From the sequence record OR513085.1: DNA of 64,000 bases; one strand, written 5' to 3'. The position numbers were made by a program, and so were the translations under genes. Below are positions 48,668-57,466 of this stretch, piece by piece. The stretch's first letter is position 1, and the number at the start of each line of letters is the position of its first letter. The notes below the pieces were generated by a model, which was given only the letters and a program-made list of their open reading frames with translations, was not told the origin of the DNA and searched no databases.

Positions 48668-50098
48668 ATGATTAAACGTAAAAGACAAACATATAATGAC
48701 GTTATAGCCGATTGCAAAAAAGCTCATGGTAATTATTATGACTATGTAGATACGTCTGCTACTTGGTATAAGAAAACTGACAAACTTAGAATTATATGTC
48801 CTGTTCATGGCGAATTTGAACAATCTGGCAAAAACCATAGTAAAGGCCAAGGCTGCACAAAATGCAAAAAGAACATACAATCGTATGACCAAATTATAAC
48901 TAAAGTCCTGGAAATTCATGCGTCCAGAGGCTATATTTACGAAGACACTTCGGCAGAATTTACAGTTTCAACATCGTCATTCCTTAAAGCTAATTGTCCT
49001 AAGCATGGCGAATTTGAAGTCAGGGCGCATGCACATAGTGTAGGTGTTTTAGGATGTCAAGGATGCTATACGGATGATTTAGTTGATCGTCAAAGATATA
49101 GTAAAGATGAAATGCATAGCATTTGTAAAGTTATTTTAGCTAAACGTAAATGTACAATTTTAGACATAACTTTTTATGTCGATAAAGCAAATTCAAATTT
49201 TATAATAAATTGCCCTAAGCATGGCAATTTTGAAAAGAATGCTTATCAAATTTTATTAAAACAAGGTTGCCCTAATTGCGTAGGCTATAATTCCTCAAAG
49301 GCTGAAACATTTTTGAGAGATCATTTAGTTGGCCAAGGTATTGCAGATGCTGTAGGTCGTAAGCGTTTTAGACATCATGAAACTAATAAACTTTACGAAA
49401 TAGACGTGCAATCGCCAAGCTTAAAAATTGGAATAGAATTTAACGGAATACATTGGCATAGAGGCGAAGTATTCAAGCATAAACATATGCTAAAAACTAC
49501 AAGCCTAGACTATATGAACTGGCAGTTAATTCATATTTTTGAGGATGAATATCATGCAAAATTTAATGCAGTAATGTCAATGATTAATCATAAGCACGGA
49601 GTTACTAAACAAAAAATTCATGCCAGGAAAACTAAGACTGCTTTAATTGACGAAGACACTTACGTACAATTCTGCAACGAAAACTGCATACAAATTTTTG
49701 ACAAGCTGGCATTTAATTACGTAGGGCTATATTTAGCAGAAACATTAGTTGGCGTAATTGCGTATAACGTAGATACTAAAGCTAACGTAGACATCATAAA
49801 TATTGCGATGTTAAACAATCATAATATAATTGGCGGAGTCGGCAAATTAGTAGCTTATGTAGAACGTTCGGAACGTCCTGCATCAATAACCGCTACGCTA
49901 AACAGGCAATTCTCAACTAAGCATAACGTTTTTGCAAAACTAGGCTTTGATTTTGTTGAATATACAGAACAGAATTTTATGTACAGTATACATAGCAGTC
50001 CTAGGATTTTGCCAGAACATACGTCTATTGAACATCAAATAGATTCTAATAAAGTCTGGGATGTCGGTAACATTATTATGAAAAAAGTGTTCAAATAA
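48668..50098 (+). CDS. free-standing Hef-like/DUF559-type homing endonuclease
   Basis: three CPxHGxF..GCxxC Zn ribbons; EIDV..KIGIEFNGIHWH..LIHIFEDE nuclease core. Confidence 0.8.
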   Translation: MIKRKRQTYNDVIADCKKAHGNYYDYVDTSATWYKKTDKLRIICPVHGEFEQSGKNHSKGQGCTKCKKNIQSYDQIITKVLEIHASRGYIYEDTSAEFTVSTSSFLKANCPKHGEFEVRAHAHSVGVLGCQGCYTDDLVDRQRYSKDEMHSICKVILAKRKCTILDITFYVDKANSNFIINCPKHGNFEKNAYQILLKQGCPNCVGYNSSKAETFLRDHLVGQGIADAVGRKRFRHHETNKLYEIDVQSPSLKIGIEFNGIHWHRGEVFKHKHMLKTTSLDYMNWQLIHIFEDEYHAKFNAVMSMINHKHGVTKQKIHARKTKTALIDEDTYVQFCNENCIQIFDKLAFNYVGLYLAETLVGVIAYNVDTKANVDIINIAMLNNHNIIGGVGKLVAYVERSERPASITATLNRQFSTKHNVFAKLGFDFVEYTEQNFMYSIHSSPRILPEHTSIEHQIDSNKVWDVGNIIMKKVFK

Positions 50099-50130
50099 TT
50101 TTCATATGTCGTAAAAAATGATTAAATTTA
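50099..50130 (+). promoter_or_regulatory. early/middle-type promoter
   Basis: TTTTCATATGTC-N12-TAAATTTA. Confidence 0.8.
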
Positions 50131-50157
50131 CATATAATTAAAAATAACGATAACAGC

Positions 50158-50340
50158 ATGAAAAAGACATTCCTACTTAGAGACTGGCAAAATTTATACT
50201 ATTGCTTTGAGCATTATCAATTTTGGCACGTAGATAAAGGTCAAGCTAAAATGTTTTATTCAATGGAAGACGTTGAAGCTACAGTAATTGAAAATAACCT
50301 ACAGGACGTAGAAATCGTAACTTTACTAAGCAAAGCATAA
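50158..50340 (+). CDS. hypothetical protein
   Basis: 60-aa ORF after promoter. Confidence 0.6.
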   Translation: MKKTFLLRDWQNLYYCFEHYQFWHVDKGQAKMFYSMEDVEATVIENNLQDVEIVTLLSKA

Positions 50341-50343
50341 AAT

Positions 50344-50784
50344 ATGGCTATGAACAAACAAAACATACAGCGTGCAATAAACCATATTAGAACATTACGG
50401 CCTGAAAATTTTGATATGCAAGATTACCGTGCAGCCCAATTTACTGACAAAGCTCCTGAATGCAAAACTATAGGATGCATAGTAGGCCATTGCACTATAC
50501 TTGATGCCAAAAACATCAATGAAAAATTTATAGATATGCGTAACGATTCCATTATGTTCAACGAATGGTCAGTCGAATTCTTTGGCATTGGTATTTTGCA
50601 AAGAAGCTGGGACTATATGTTTTCATGTAATTGGGCTAAGTCACAAAAAACTAACACTATAGAACATGCAATTTATCGCATGGAACGTATAATTGACGAT
50701 TATAAGCCAGGCAATATTGACGATGAATATTCATACGAAACTGGCGCTACTAGGCTTGAACCTGGATATACTGACAACGACTAA
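50344..50784 (+). CDS. hypothetical protein
   Basis: 146 aa; CKTIGCIVGH motif. Confidence 0.7.
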   Translation: MAMNKQNIQRAINHIRTLRPENFDMQDYRAAQFTDKAPECKTIGCIVGHCTILDAKNINEKFIDMRNDSIMFNEWSVEFFGIGILQRSWDYMFSCNWAKSQKTNTIEHAIYRMERIIDDYKPGNIDDEYSYETGATRLEPGYTDND

Positions 50785-50840
50785 CTTTTATGCACTACAG
50801 TGCAATCTATAAACATAATAACAAATAAATTTTTAAAACA

Positions 50841-51758
50841 ATGACAAACATCAACGCGACCGAAAGACTCATTGCTATCTGGCAAAATGATTATGCTAGG
50901 CACACTAAAAACCACAAAACAGTCAACGAAGACGGCATTCTTAAAAAGTATTGGAAAAATCCAATTACACATTATTATGCTAATATTGGCACTGATGTAC
51001 TTAGACAAATGCTAGAAGATTCAGAAGCTTATGACTATCCTGGCTTAGAATTTGCAGAACCTCAGCAAAATCCTAACAAAACTGCAATGCCTGAATACAT
51101 AGGCAGTTATGCACTTTCAGAGGACCAGGTCATTCAATTTTATCATGACAAAGACCTCAAAAATGACATGCAGATGTACTATGCAGAAGAGGAATATGAT
51201 TATCATCGACTACTTTTCGGAAGTCGTAGCAATCCTACATTAGGCAAAGTATTCTCAAAAGTTTATTGTAACATCATTACAGATACGCCAATTTCAGACT
51301 TCCTTAGACTTCATATTTACCGAGTACTAAACAACCTGGATAATGAAGGCACTAAATTCTACTTGCTACTTTCTGCAGCTGCAGCAAAACAACTAAAGCA
51401 TGAGTCAGACTTTACTGAACAAATTTCAATGACTACAATTAGCCAAATTAAACACAACACATCAAAATTTGGCACGTTCCGACCAAAATGGAAAAAGACT
51501 TCTAATTATGGCAGAGCATTCAGGAACATTTTAGAAAATCATGCATGCATAGAATTGTACGAATGCCATGATTCAGGAGCTTCTATTAACCAGGAGCATA
51601 ATTATCCTATGGCTGCTATACTTACTAGCTACAAAATGCATGAACGTTTCGATAATTGTAGCATACATTCACCAATGCATCCTAACGATCATACGCCAAC
51701 ATCATTAAAGTCAGAACTAATTGAAAATATTTTGGACAAAGCTTTAAAAACTTGCTAA
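50841..51758 (+). CDS. hypothetical protein
   Basis: 305-aa ORF. Confidence 0.7.
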   Translation: MTNINATERLIAIWQNDYARHTKNHKTVNEDGILKKYWKNPITHYYANIGTDVLRQMLEDSEAYDYPGLEFAEPQQNPNKTAMPEYIGSYALSEDQVIQFYHDKDLKNDMQMYYAEEEYDYHRLLFGSRSNPTLGKVFSKVYCNIITDTPISDFLRLHIYRVLNNLDNEGTKFYLLLSAAAAKQLKHESDFTEQISMTTISQIKHNTSKFGTFRPKWKKTSNYGRAFRNILENHACIELYECHDSGASINQEHNYPMAAILTSYKMHERFDNCSIHSPMHPNDHTPTSLKSELIENILDKALKTC

Positions 51759-51794
51759 AATGTTTTCACGTTTCAAATAATTTTCTTATATTTG
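51752..51794 (+). promoter_or_regulatory. promoter, TTGC class
   Basis: TTGC...TTTTCACGTTTC-N12-TATATTTG. Confidence 0.75.
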
Positions 51795-51823
51795 TATTAT
51801 TAAAATAACACACATACAAAACA

Positions 51824-52558
51824 ATGCAAAACAAACCAATCTTAACAAGAGATCAAAAGCTAGCAATCCTAGGAGATAACCCACATAATTGGGACGTTGA
51901 CAACTTGGAAATTGTACAGGACATTGCAATAACAAACGAATTTGTAATGCAGGCTAACGAGGCAAACTACAAAACGTTGCTAGGCTTAGGCTGGACCAAC
52001 CACTACACAATTCATTTGTTGGATAAAATCAACCTCAACTATTACATAGACACTCCAGAAGTTTCAGGAAAACCTTCAAGCGACTTCAAAATTTCAATGA
52101 GGAATCACTTTGACCAGGATGTTGCCGAAGACTTAGGAACTGTACCGAACTCAGAAGTAGGAACTGCATTTACAAACTTATGGACTAGGCAAAATGCTTT
52201 AGTTACACATTTGTTCAAAGCATCAAGCATTATGAATACTATGTACGGCAATTTTGGTAAAACTATAATCGTAAATTCACAACTTGCTGCGGCTATTAAA
52301 AGTACAGAATTGTTCAAGCCTACACCTGTAGAGGAATTGGCTGAAACGTCATCAACTTCAATGCCATATGTTGCAGGTACGATTACTACCGAAGATGGCA
52401 AAATGTCACTAAAAGTCGTAGTTAATCCTCAGCAGCCATGGGCAGATACTACTGCAGTATTGTATGACGGTGACTTTGACTTCCAAACAATTGAACTTGA
52501 GGAAGGCTTAACTTCAATTTCATTCGCATTCAATAACGGATTAGGCCCATGGGCGTAG
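51824..52558 (+). CDS. truncated paralog of MCP (C-terminal half)
   Basis: shares NLNxYIDxP, PNSE..NLWTRQ, VNSQLxAAIK, YxAGTI, WxDTTAxL and terminal NGxGxWA with 46818-48539. Confidence 0.9.
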   Translation: MQNKPILTRDQKLAILGDNPHNWDVDNLEIVQDIAITNEFVMQANEANYKTLLGLGWTNHYTIHLLDKINLNYYIDTPEVSGKPSSDFKISMRNHFDQDVAEDLGTVPNSEVGTAFTNLWTRQNALVTHLFKASSIMNTMYGNFGKTIIVNSQLAAAIKSTELFKPTPVEELAETSSTSMPYVAGTITTEDGKMSLKVVVNPQQPWADTTAVLYDGDFDFQTIELEEGLTSISFAFNNGLGPWA

Positions 52559-52782
52559 AATTAACCTCAGAAGAAAAGAAGGCGTATATCCAGTCGAAAG
52601 GCTGGACTACCCTTTGGCATGACAACTATTGGGTACATTCAGGAATCATGGCCGGTGCCAACCTAGATTATTGTGGAATTGATTTAAACTCTGCATACAA
52701 ATGCCAATTAAAGCATGAAGCGCCAAAAGAAGTACAGAATAATAAACTTCCAGGCTTCAAAGACCACAACAATTTAACATAG
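52549..52782 (+). CDS. hypothetical protein
   Basis: 77-aa ORF overlapping previous stop. Confidence 0.6.
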   Translation: MGVELTSEEKKAYIQSKGWTTLWHDNYWVHSGIMAGANLDYCGIDLNSAYKCQLKHEAPKEVQNNKLPGFKDHNNLT

Positions 52783-52826
52783 CGGCTAAGCTGCAATACT
52801 TTTATAACAACAAACAATACAACAAC

Positions 52827-53240
52827 ATGAAACAAAGACTAACAAAACTATTTACATTCTCATTCGTACTAATTGCACTACTTTCACTACAATCATGCTG
52901 GGAATTTTCAAGACAGCAAGCTATCAATGACGCTGAGGCTAAAGGTATTGCAACCTTAAAAGAATCCGAGTCTTCCAAGAAAGCTATGGTTGAACAAGCT
53001 AAAGCTGAAAACCAGGCATCTACACTTAAGGCTGAAGCTATGGTTAAAATTGCAACTGCCCAGGCTAACGCTGAAATTGAACGAGCTAAAGGTGTTGCCA
53101 GAGCTAATGAAATTATCGGCCAATCGCTTAAAGGTAACAACGAATACTTAAAGTACTTGCAAATTGACGCAATTAAGGAATCCAAAGGTGCCAAAGTTTA
53201 CATTCCTACTGAGGCAGGACTTCCAATTATTGAAAGATAG
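52827..53240 (+). CDS. lipoprotein with SPFH/prohibitin-like C-terminal coiled coil
   Basis: lipobox LQSC; AEIERAKGVARANEIIGQSL..YL..IPTEAGLPI. Confidence 0.75.
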   Translation: MKQRLTKLFTFSFVLIALLSLQSCWEFSRQQAINDAEAKGIATLKESESSKKAMVEQAKAENQASTLKAEAMVKIATAQANAEIERAKGVARANEIIGQSLKGNNEYLKYLQIDAIKESKGAKVYIPTEAGLPIIER

Positions 53241-53261
53241 ACTAATTCGTATAAATATAGC

Positions 53262-53293
53262 AATCCCAAGTGCCTGGTGTACTTGGGATTTTT
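53262..53293 (+). terminator. intrinsic terminator
   Basis: AATCCCAAGT..ACTTGGGATTTTT. Confidence 0.75.
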
Positions 53294-53353
53294 GTGCTTT
53301 GTATGGACCTTGCTAGGCACTAATATATACTTTATCAAACAAATTATTAAACT

Positions 53354-53584
53354 ATGACAACTCAACACGACATAACGATTCAAAACGTTACGGGTTCTGA
53401 CAGCGGAGTTTGCGTTGTCACCCTCAAAAACTCAATTGATGAACAGACTAAACTAAGTATTGTAGCTAAACCAAGCTTTGTTTCAGTAGTTCCGGTAATG
53501 GGTTCAAACAAAACTTTAAAACTAATATGGCATGCGGAAACAATTGCCGAACAATACAACGTCAAGCTCAAAATTGAGCGCTAA
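53354..53584 (+). CDS. hypothetical protein
   Basis: 76-aa beta-rich ORF. Confidence 0.55.
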   Translation: MTTQHDITIQNVTGSDSGVCVVTLKNSIDEQTKLSIVAKPSFVSVVPVMGSNKTLKLIWHAETIAEQYNVKLKIER

Positions 53585-53624
53585 TTGACGTTCTGCTTCT
53601 TGCAACTTTGTCATGTGTATTTAG

Positions 53625-53656
53625 AAAAGCCCTAGTCAAATTTGACTAGGGCTTTT
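53625..53656 (+). terminator. intrinsic terminator
   Basis: AAAAGCCCTAGTCAAA/TTTGACTAGGGCTTTT. Confidence 0.8.
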
Positions 53657-53683
53657 CTTGTGTGTAAAAATTGTTGAAAATAC

Positions 53684-53726
53684 TTGCCAAAACATTTTCA
53701 TATGTCGAATAATTGTTATATATTTG
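53684..53726 (+). promoter_or_regulatory. promoter, TTGC class
   Basis: TTGC...TTTTCATATGTC-N12-TATATTTG. Confidence 0.8.
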
Positions 53727-53754
53727 TAATAACAAAATGAAACATATTAATATT

Positions 53755-54015
53755 ATGACAACTACAAATTATACTGAAATTGAATTGGCTATTTTAAACT
53801 CAGAAAATTATAAGCATAACTCACAAAGTATAGATTATCTTGGTGATTTTTACAAAACTAACAATGACCAAAGCGTATTTTCAGTTATATCAAAAACTGA
53901 AAGTGAAATTAAAATGCATATGTTTGATGTTGAAGATGATGGAAGTCATTCAAATGCATACACAAAAATTGAATCTTTAAAAACTTTAAATTTTAACGAT
54001 TTTTTAACACTTTAA
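53755..54015 (+). CDS. hypothetical protein
   Basis: ATG 53755 (or 53737) downstream of promoter. Confidence 0.6.
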   Translation: MTTTNYTEIELAILNSENYKHNSQSIDYLGDFYKTNNDQSVFSVISKTESEIKMHMFDVEDDGSHSNAYTKIESLKTLNFNDFLTL

Positions 54016-54048
54016 ATTTTTTACTTTCAATTATTTTTCTTAAATTTA
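53993..54048 (+). promoter_or_regulatory. promoter, TTAACA class
   Basis: TTAACG-N5-TTAACA, TTTTTTACTTTC-N12-TAAATTTA. Confidence 0.75.
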
Positions 54049-54086
54049 TACTATAATTAAAAACAAACATTTAAAAAATCAAACTT

Positions 54087-54389
54087 ATGAAAAAGCAAAT
54101 TAGAATTACTGCTACAATGAGAGAAACTCTTACAACAAAACAAATTTTAAGCTTAGAAGCTAAACAAGCAAAAATTGCTAAAGCCAACAAGGAGGCTAAA
54201 GCAAAACAAAAAATCAAAGAAGCTAAAGCTGCAGAGAAAGCTGCTAAGGCTGAAGCTAAACGTTCAAAATTTGAACACGTAAAAATGCTTAACTATCCAG
54301 GAATGGAGTATATGCCAAATCTTGATAACTTGCTAAAAGCTACTGATACTGTCGAGTTCTTTGCAAAGAAAAAATCCGACTTCATTTGA
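54087..54389 (+). CDS. basic K/A-rich hypothetical protein
   Basis: 100 aa; possibly frameshift-fused to the next ORF. Confidence 0.65.
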   Translation: MKKQIRITATMRETLTTKQILSLEAKQAKIAKANKEAKAKQKIKEAKAAEKAAKAEAKRSKFEHVKMLNYPGMEYMPNLDNLLKATDTVEFFAKKKSDFI

Positions 54390-54675
54390 AATTTTCAGAA
54401 TCTGCAATAACAAGAAAACTCATGCTTTAGTTATTACGCCATCCAGGTTAGAACGTAACCACGTACTTTGCCAAAACTTAAATGGCAATTCAAGACAACA
54501 AGTAGTTTTAGAATTTGGCGCACAGGATGAAATCCTTGCACTACTTGCAGGACTGCCAATCTACAATGACTACGATATGGACTATAACCACACTCAAAAG
54601 GACAAATATTACGTAGCAGGTCAATGTATTCAGAACGACATGACTATCTACAGAGCAATATTTGCTTCCATCTAA
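54361..54675 (+). CDS. hypothetical ORF lacking an early ATG, +1 frame relative to upstream gene
   Basis: open frame overlapping 54087 ORF across an A6 run. Confidence 0.5.
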   Translation: MQRKNPTSFEIFRICNNKKTHALVITPSRLERNHVLCQNLNGNSRQQVVLEFGAQDEILALLAGLPIYNDYDMDYNHTQKDKYYVAGQCIQNDMTIYRAIFASI

Positions 54676-54698
54676 TACCAACGTTCTAACCTTCCTAC

Positions 54699-54723
54699 AA
54701 AGCCTAGTTTCGGCTAGGCTTTT
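54699..54723 (+). terminator. intrinsic terminator with TTCG loop
   Basis: AAAGCCTAGT-TTCG-GCTAGGCTTTT. Confidence 0.8.
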
Positions 54724-54750
54724 CTAAAAATCAAACAAAATCAAAATATC

Positions 54751-55119
54751 ATGTTCACAATAAAATTACTTCAAGAAGCTTCAAAACTACAAAATGCTAA
54801 CGATCCTAACGAAAGATTAGTAGCAGTAGTATCACAACTAACCCCGCAACAATATGTTGAGTTGCTTAGCGAAATTGATTTTGACGGCAATTATTCATTT
54901 GATGATGCTGGGCAGCTTTGGTTCTATGATAAAATTGGTTATTATGACGAACCTAAGGTTAAAGTCGAAGACGCTAAGATTCCTACAAGCATGGTAATGT
55001 TTGTAGAACTTACGGATGAGTTACTTACTACATTCGTAGAAATTTTGTATAGTTTAATACAAACTTACAATTCAGGCTTCAATCACCCTTCAAGAAGACA
55101 TTTAAAAATCGCAATTTAA
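54751..55119 (+). CDS. hypothetical protein
   Basis: 122-aa ORF. Confidence 0.65.
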   Translation: MFTIKLLQEASKLQNANDPNERLVAVVSQLTPQQYVELLSEIDFDGNYSFDDAGQLWFYDKIGYYDEPKVKVEDAKIPTSMVMFVELTDELLTTFVEILYSLIQTYNSGFNHPSRRHLKIAI

Positions 55120-55126
55120 AAATAGC

Positions 55127-55408
55127 ATGGCAGAACTTACATTTTCAGAAAAATACAAAGCTTTACTGGCAGAAGCGCAAAACAAACTAAACGTTTGGTG
55201 TAATGATAATATAAAGTCTAAAGGCTTAAAGTCTATAAAGCTTAAGCATGAGTTTATCGACAATGGTGATGTGGATTGGTATAATTATGACGAACTTACG
55301 TCAGATGGCGAATTACTATCAACTGAAGAAAGCTACACGTTATCAGTTGCTTCAGCAACTAACGTATTTGGATTCCTTGAACTTATTGACGAACTTACAC
55401 AAAACTAA
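55127..55408 (+). CDS. hypothetical protein
   Basis: 93-aa ORF. Confidence 0.6.
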   Translation: MAELTFSEKYKALLAEAQNKLNVWCNDNIKSKGLKSIKLKHEFIDNGDVDWYNYDELTSDGELLSTEESYTLSVASATNVFGFLELIDELTQN

Positions 55409-55416
55409 AACATATC

Positions 55417-56328
55417 ATGGCAAAAACATTTGAACTTATAAAAGACGGTAGTATAAAACATGCAGGCCGTACACTTTACAAAATAAAAGCTTTAGTAGAC
55501 ATTCCAAATCATGGCGTAAATGCCGGAGATATTGGTGGATGGGTAGAATCTGAAAATAACCTACAAAGCGATGAAGCATGGATTGGCGATGCAGCCATGG
55601 TTTATGGTGACGCTGTAGTTTCAGAAAAGGCTTTAGTTACTGAATTTGCACAAGTTTCAGGATTTGCTGAAATTAAAGGCTTTGCAAAAGTACAAGGTAA
55701 TGCCAAAATTTCAGACAAAGCCAGAATTTGGGGAAGCTGTACTGTTGAAGACAACGTTACGATAGGAGGCTTTACATTCATTGCAGACTTTGCAATAGTA
55801 CGAGGATTTGCTAAAATTGCAGGAGAAATTCAAATTATTGAAAACGCTAGAATTTGGGGTCATGTAAAAATTTATGCTAACGCTATAATTAGAGGTCATG
55901 CACAAATTTATGGTGATGCTGCCATTTATGGAGGCACTATTTCAGGTAATACGGTAGTTTGTGACTATGCAAAAATAGGTTCTCATGTTATGCTAAGCTA
56001 TGGAATTTTTAAAGGTAGGGCTGTAGTTACTACACCTAGTGACTACGCAGCAATTGCTAACATAGGCTCAAGGAATGGAACTACTATAGCATATAAAACT
56101 AACGTACTTGCTCAAAGACCATCACAAATTGAAATTATTTGCGGATGTTTCACAGGTGACTTACAACAATTCTACAATATTGTACGTAGACAATATGGCG
56201 GGCATAACGTAGGTATTGCGGGTAGACGTTACTACAAAGAATACATGGCAGCTATACAACTTATTGAAGCCAAATTCTCTGTGAAAGTAAAGCGTAAAGG
56301 TAGATTTTTGGCATGGTTAAGATCATGA
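55417..56328 (+). CDS. left-handed beta-helix (hexapeptide repeat) protein
   Basis: LYKIKAL..AGDIGGWVESENNL then repeats such as AMVYGD/AQVSGF/AKVQGN; C-terminal CGCFTG. Confidence 0.85.
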   Translation: MAKTFELIKDGSIKHAGRTLYKIKALVDIPNHGVNAGDIGGWVESENNLQSDEAWIGDAAMVYGDAVVSEKALVTEFAQVSGFAEIKGFAKVQGNAKISDKARIWGSCTVEDNVTIGGFTFIADFAIVRGFAKIAGEIQIIENARIWGHVKIYANAIIRGHAQIYGDAAIYGGTISGNTVVCDYAKIGSHVMLSYGIFKGRAVVTTPSDYAAIANIGSRNGTTIAYKTNVLAQRPSQIEIICGCFTGDLQQFYNIVRRQYGGHNVGIAGRRYYKEYMAAIQLIEAKFSVKVKRKGRFLAWLRS

Positions 56329-56415
56329 ACCTACTAATTGGAATTTTTGGTTTTAGAATTGAAATAACCAACTGCGAATACGAGAATTTTTCTAACGAAC
56401 AAAGACAAATCGACA

Positions 56416-57126
56416 ATGAATTATAACGACATATCAATACCAGTAGCTAATTTAAAGGCCGGTTGCTATGAAAATCACATAGGCAACAATATTTCGCCGA
56501 ACGCTACGATAGCTGTGCTACTTTACGTTCTTTACGATAACGAAGTTATAAACAAGCAATCATTACTTGACAGAACAAAAGTGTTACGTAACACACCTAA
56601 AGGGCTAGGCGAAATTAAAAACGATTCCGAATTGTACCATTACTACGAAACACATAAATGCCCAATTACTGGCGAGTGGTATAGTGACACTAGGAATCAT
56701 CACATTCTGAATGATGCTATTGACGAAAAAGTTGAATGGAATGTACTAAATAGCCTTAGGATTCCTTACGCAAAAATGGTTGAATTCCTTATGTTAATCT
56801 ACGGAGTTTCAAAAAGTAAGGCTAAGGATTTGTTCAATAAACTATACATTCTGGATGCTTTGGTTGATTTTAGATCACTAGGAAGCCATACAGTTGAATG
56901 GTACAAAAGTCTTGGCTTTATTGACATCGAACCTAAAGATTTTGAAATGCCTGACTACAAGCATAATTTCAAGTTTGCTTTTACTGGACCAGTTGATACT
57001 GATGATTTTGAAGCTAAATTTAACGATGAGAAACGTAAAGCCTACGCTAAGCTAGAACAACAAAAACGTTCGACATTAGGATTGCTAATGCAAACTCATG
57101 CAATTAACTTAAAAGCTACTTACTAA
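56416..57126 (+). CDS. hypothetical protein
   Basis: 236-aa ORF. Confidence 0.7.
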   Translation: MNYNDISIPVANLKAGCYENHIGNNISPNATIAVLLYVLYDNEVINKQSLLDRTKVLRNTPKGLGEIKNDSELYHYYETHKCPITGEWYSDTRNHHILNDAIDEKVEWNVLNSLRIPYAKMVEFLMLIYGVSKSKAKDLFNKLYILDALVDFRSLGSHTVEWYKSLGFIDIEPKDFEMPDYKHNFKFAFTGPVDTDDFEAKFNDEKRKAYAKLEQQKRSTLGLLMQTHAINLKATY

Positions 57127-57128
57127 AC

Positions 57129-57422
57129 ATGGAACTAGACATTTTACTTAGCAACATACTAGCCAACGCCAGCAAAACAGAACGTAACGCTTACGAAATG
57201 CTTAACGAAACTAACCAAACATTTAGCAACATAGGAACTTTCAAGCTGAAGAAATTTGACAAGCCATTCACAATAAAAGTTACTAAAGAACGTTGGTCAG
57301 GTAAGTTATGCTTTAGGAAGCAGGACAAAAACAAGTACAAAGGATTCACAGTTTCTACTGTACTTACAGACGATGAGCTATCAGAAATCTACGGAAAATA
57401 CTCAGACAACGATATAGCATAA
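57129..57422 (+). CDS. hypothetical protein
   Basis: 97-aa ORF. Confidence 0.6.
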   Translation: MELDILLSNILANASKTERNAYEMLNETNQTFSNIGTFKLKKFDKPFTIKVTKERWSGKLCFRKQDKNKYKGFTVSTVLTDDELSEIYGKYSDNDIA

Positions 57423-57455
57423 AAAATGCCAAGCATACTGTATGCTTGGCATTTT
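57422..57455. terminator. bidirectional terminator between convergent genes
   Basis: AAAAATGCCAAGCAT-ACTGT-ATGCTTGGCATTTT. Confidence 0.8.
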
Positions 57456-57466
57456 GTTTTCTCTTT

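Noticed and set aside
51824-52558. Ordinary gp24 vertex protein
   Set aside because: Only half a capsid fold, early-type promoter, non-structural neighbourhood; not fully excluded without virion MS
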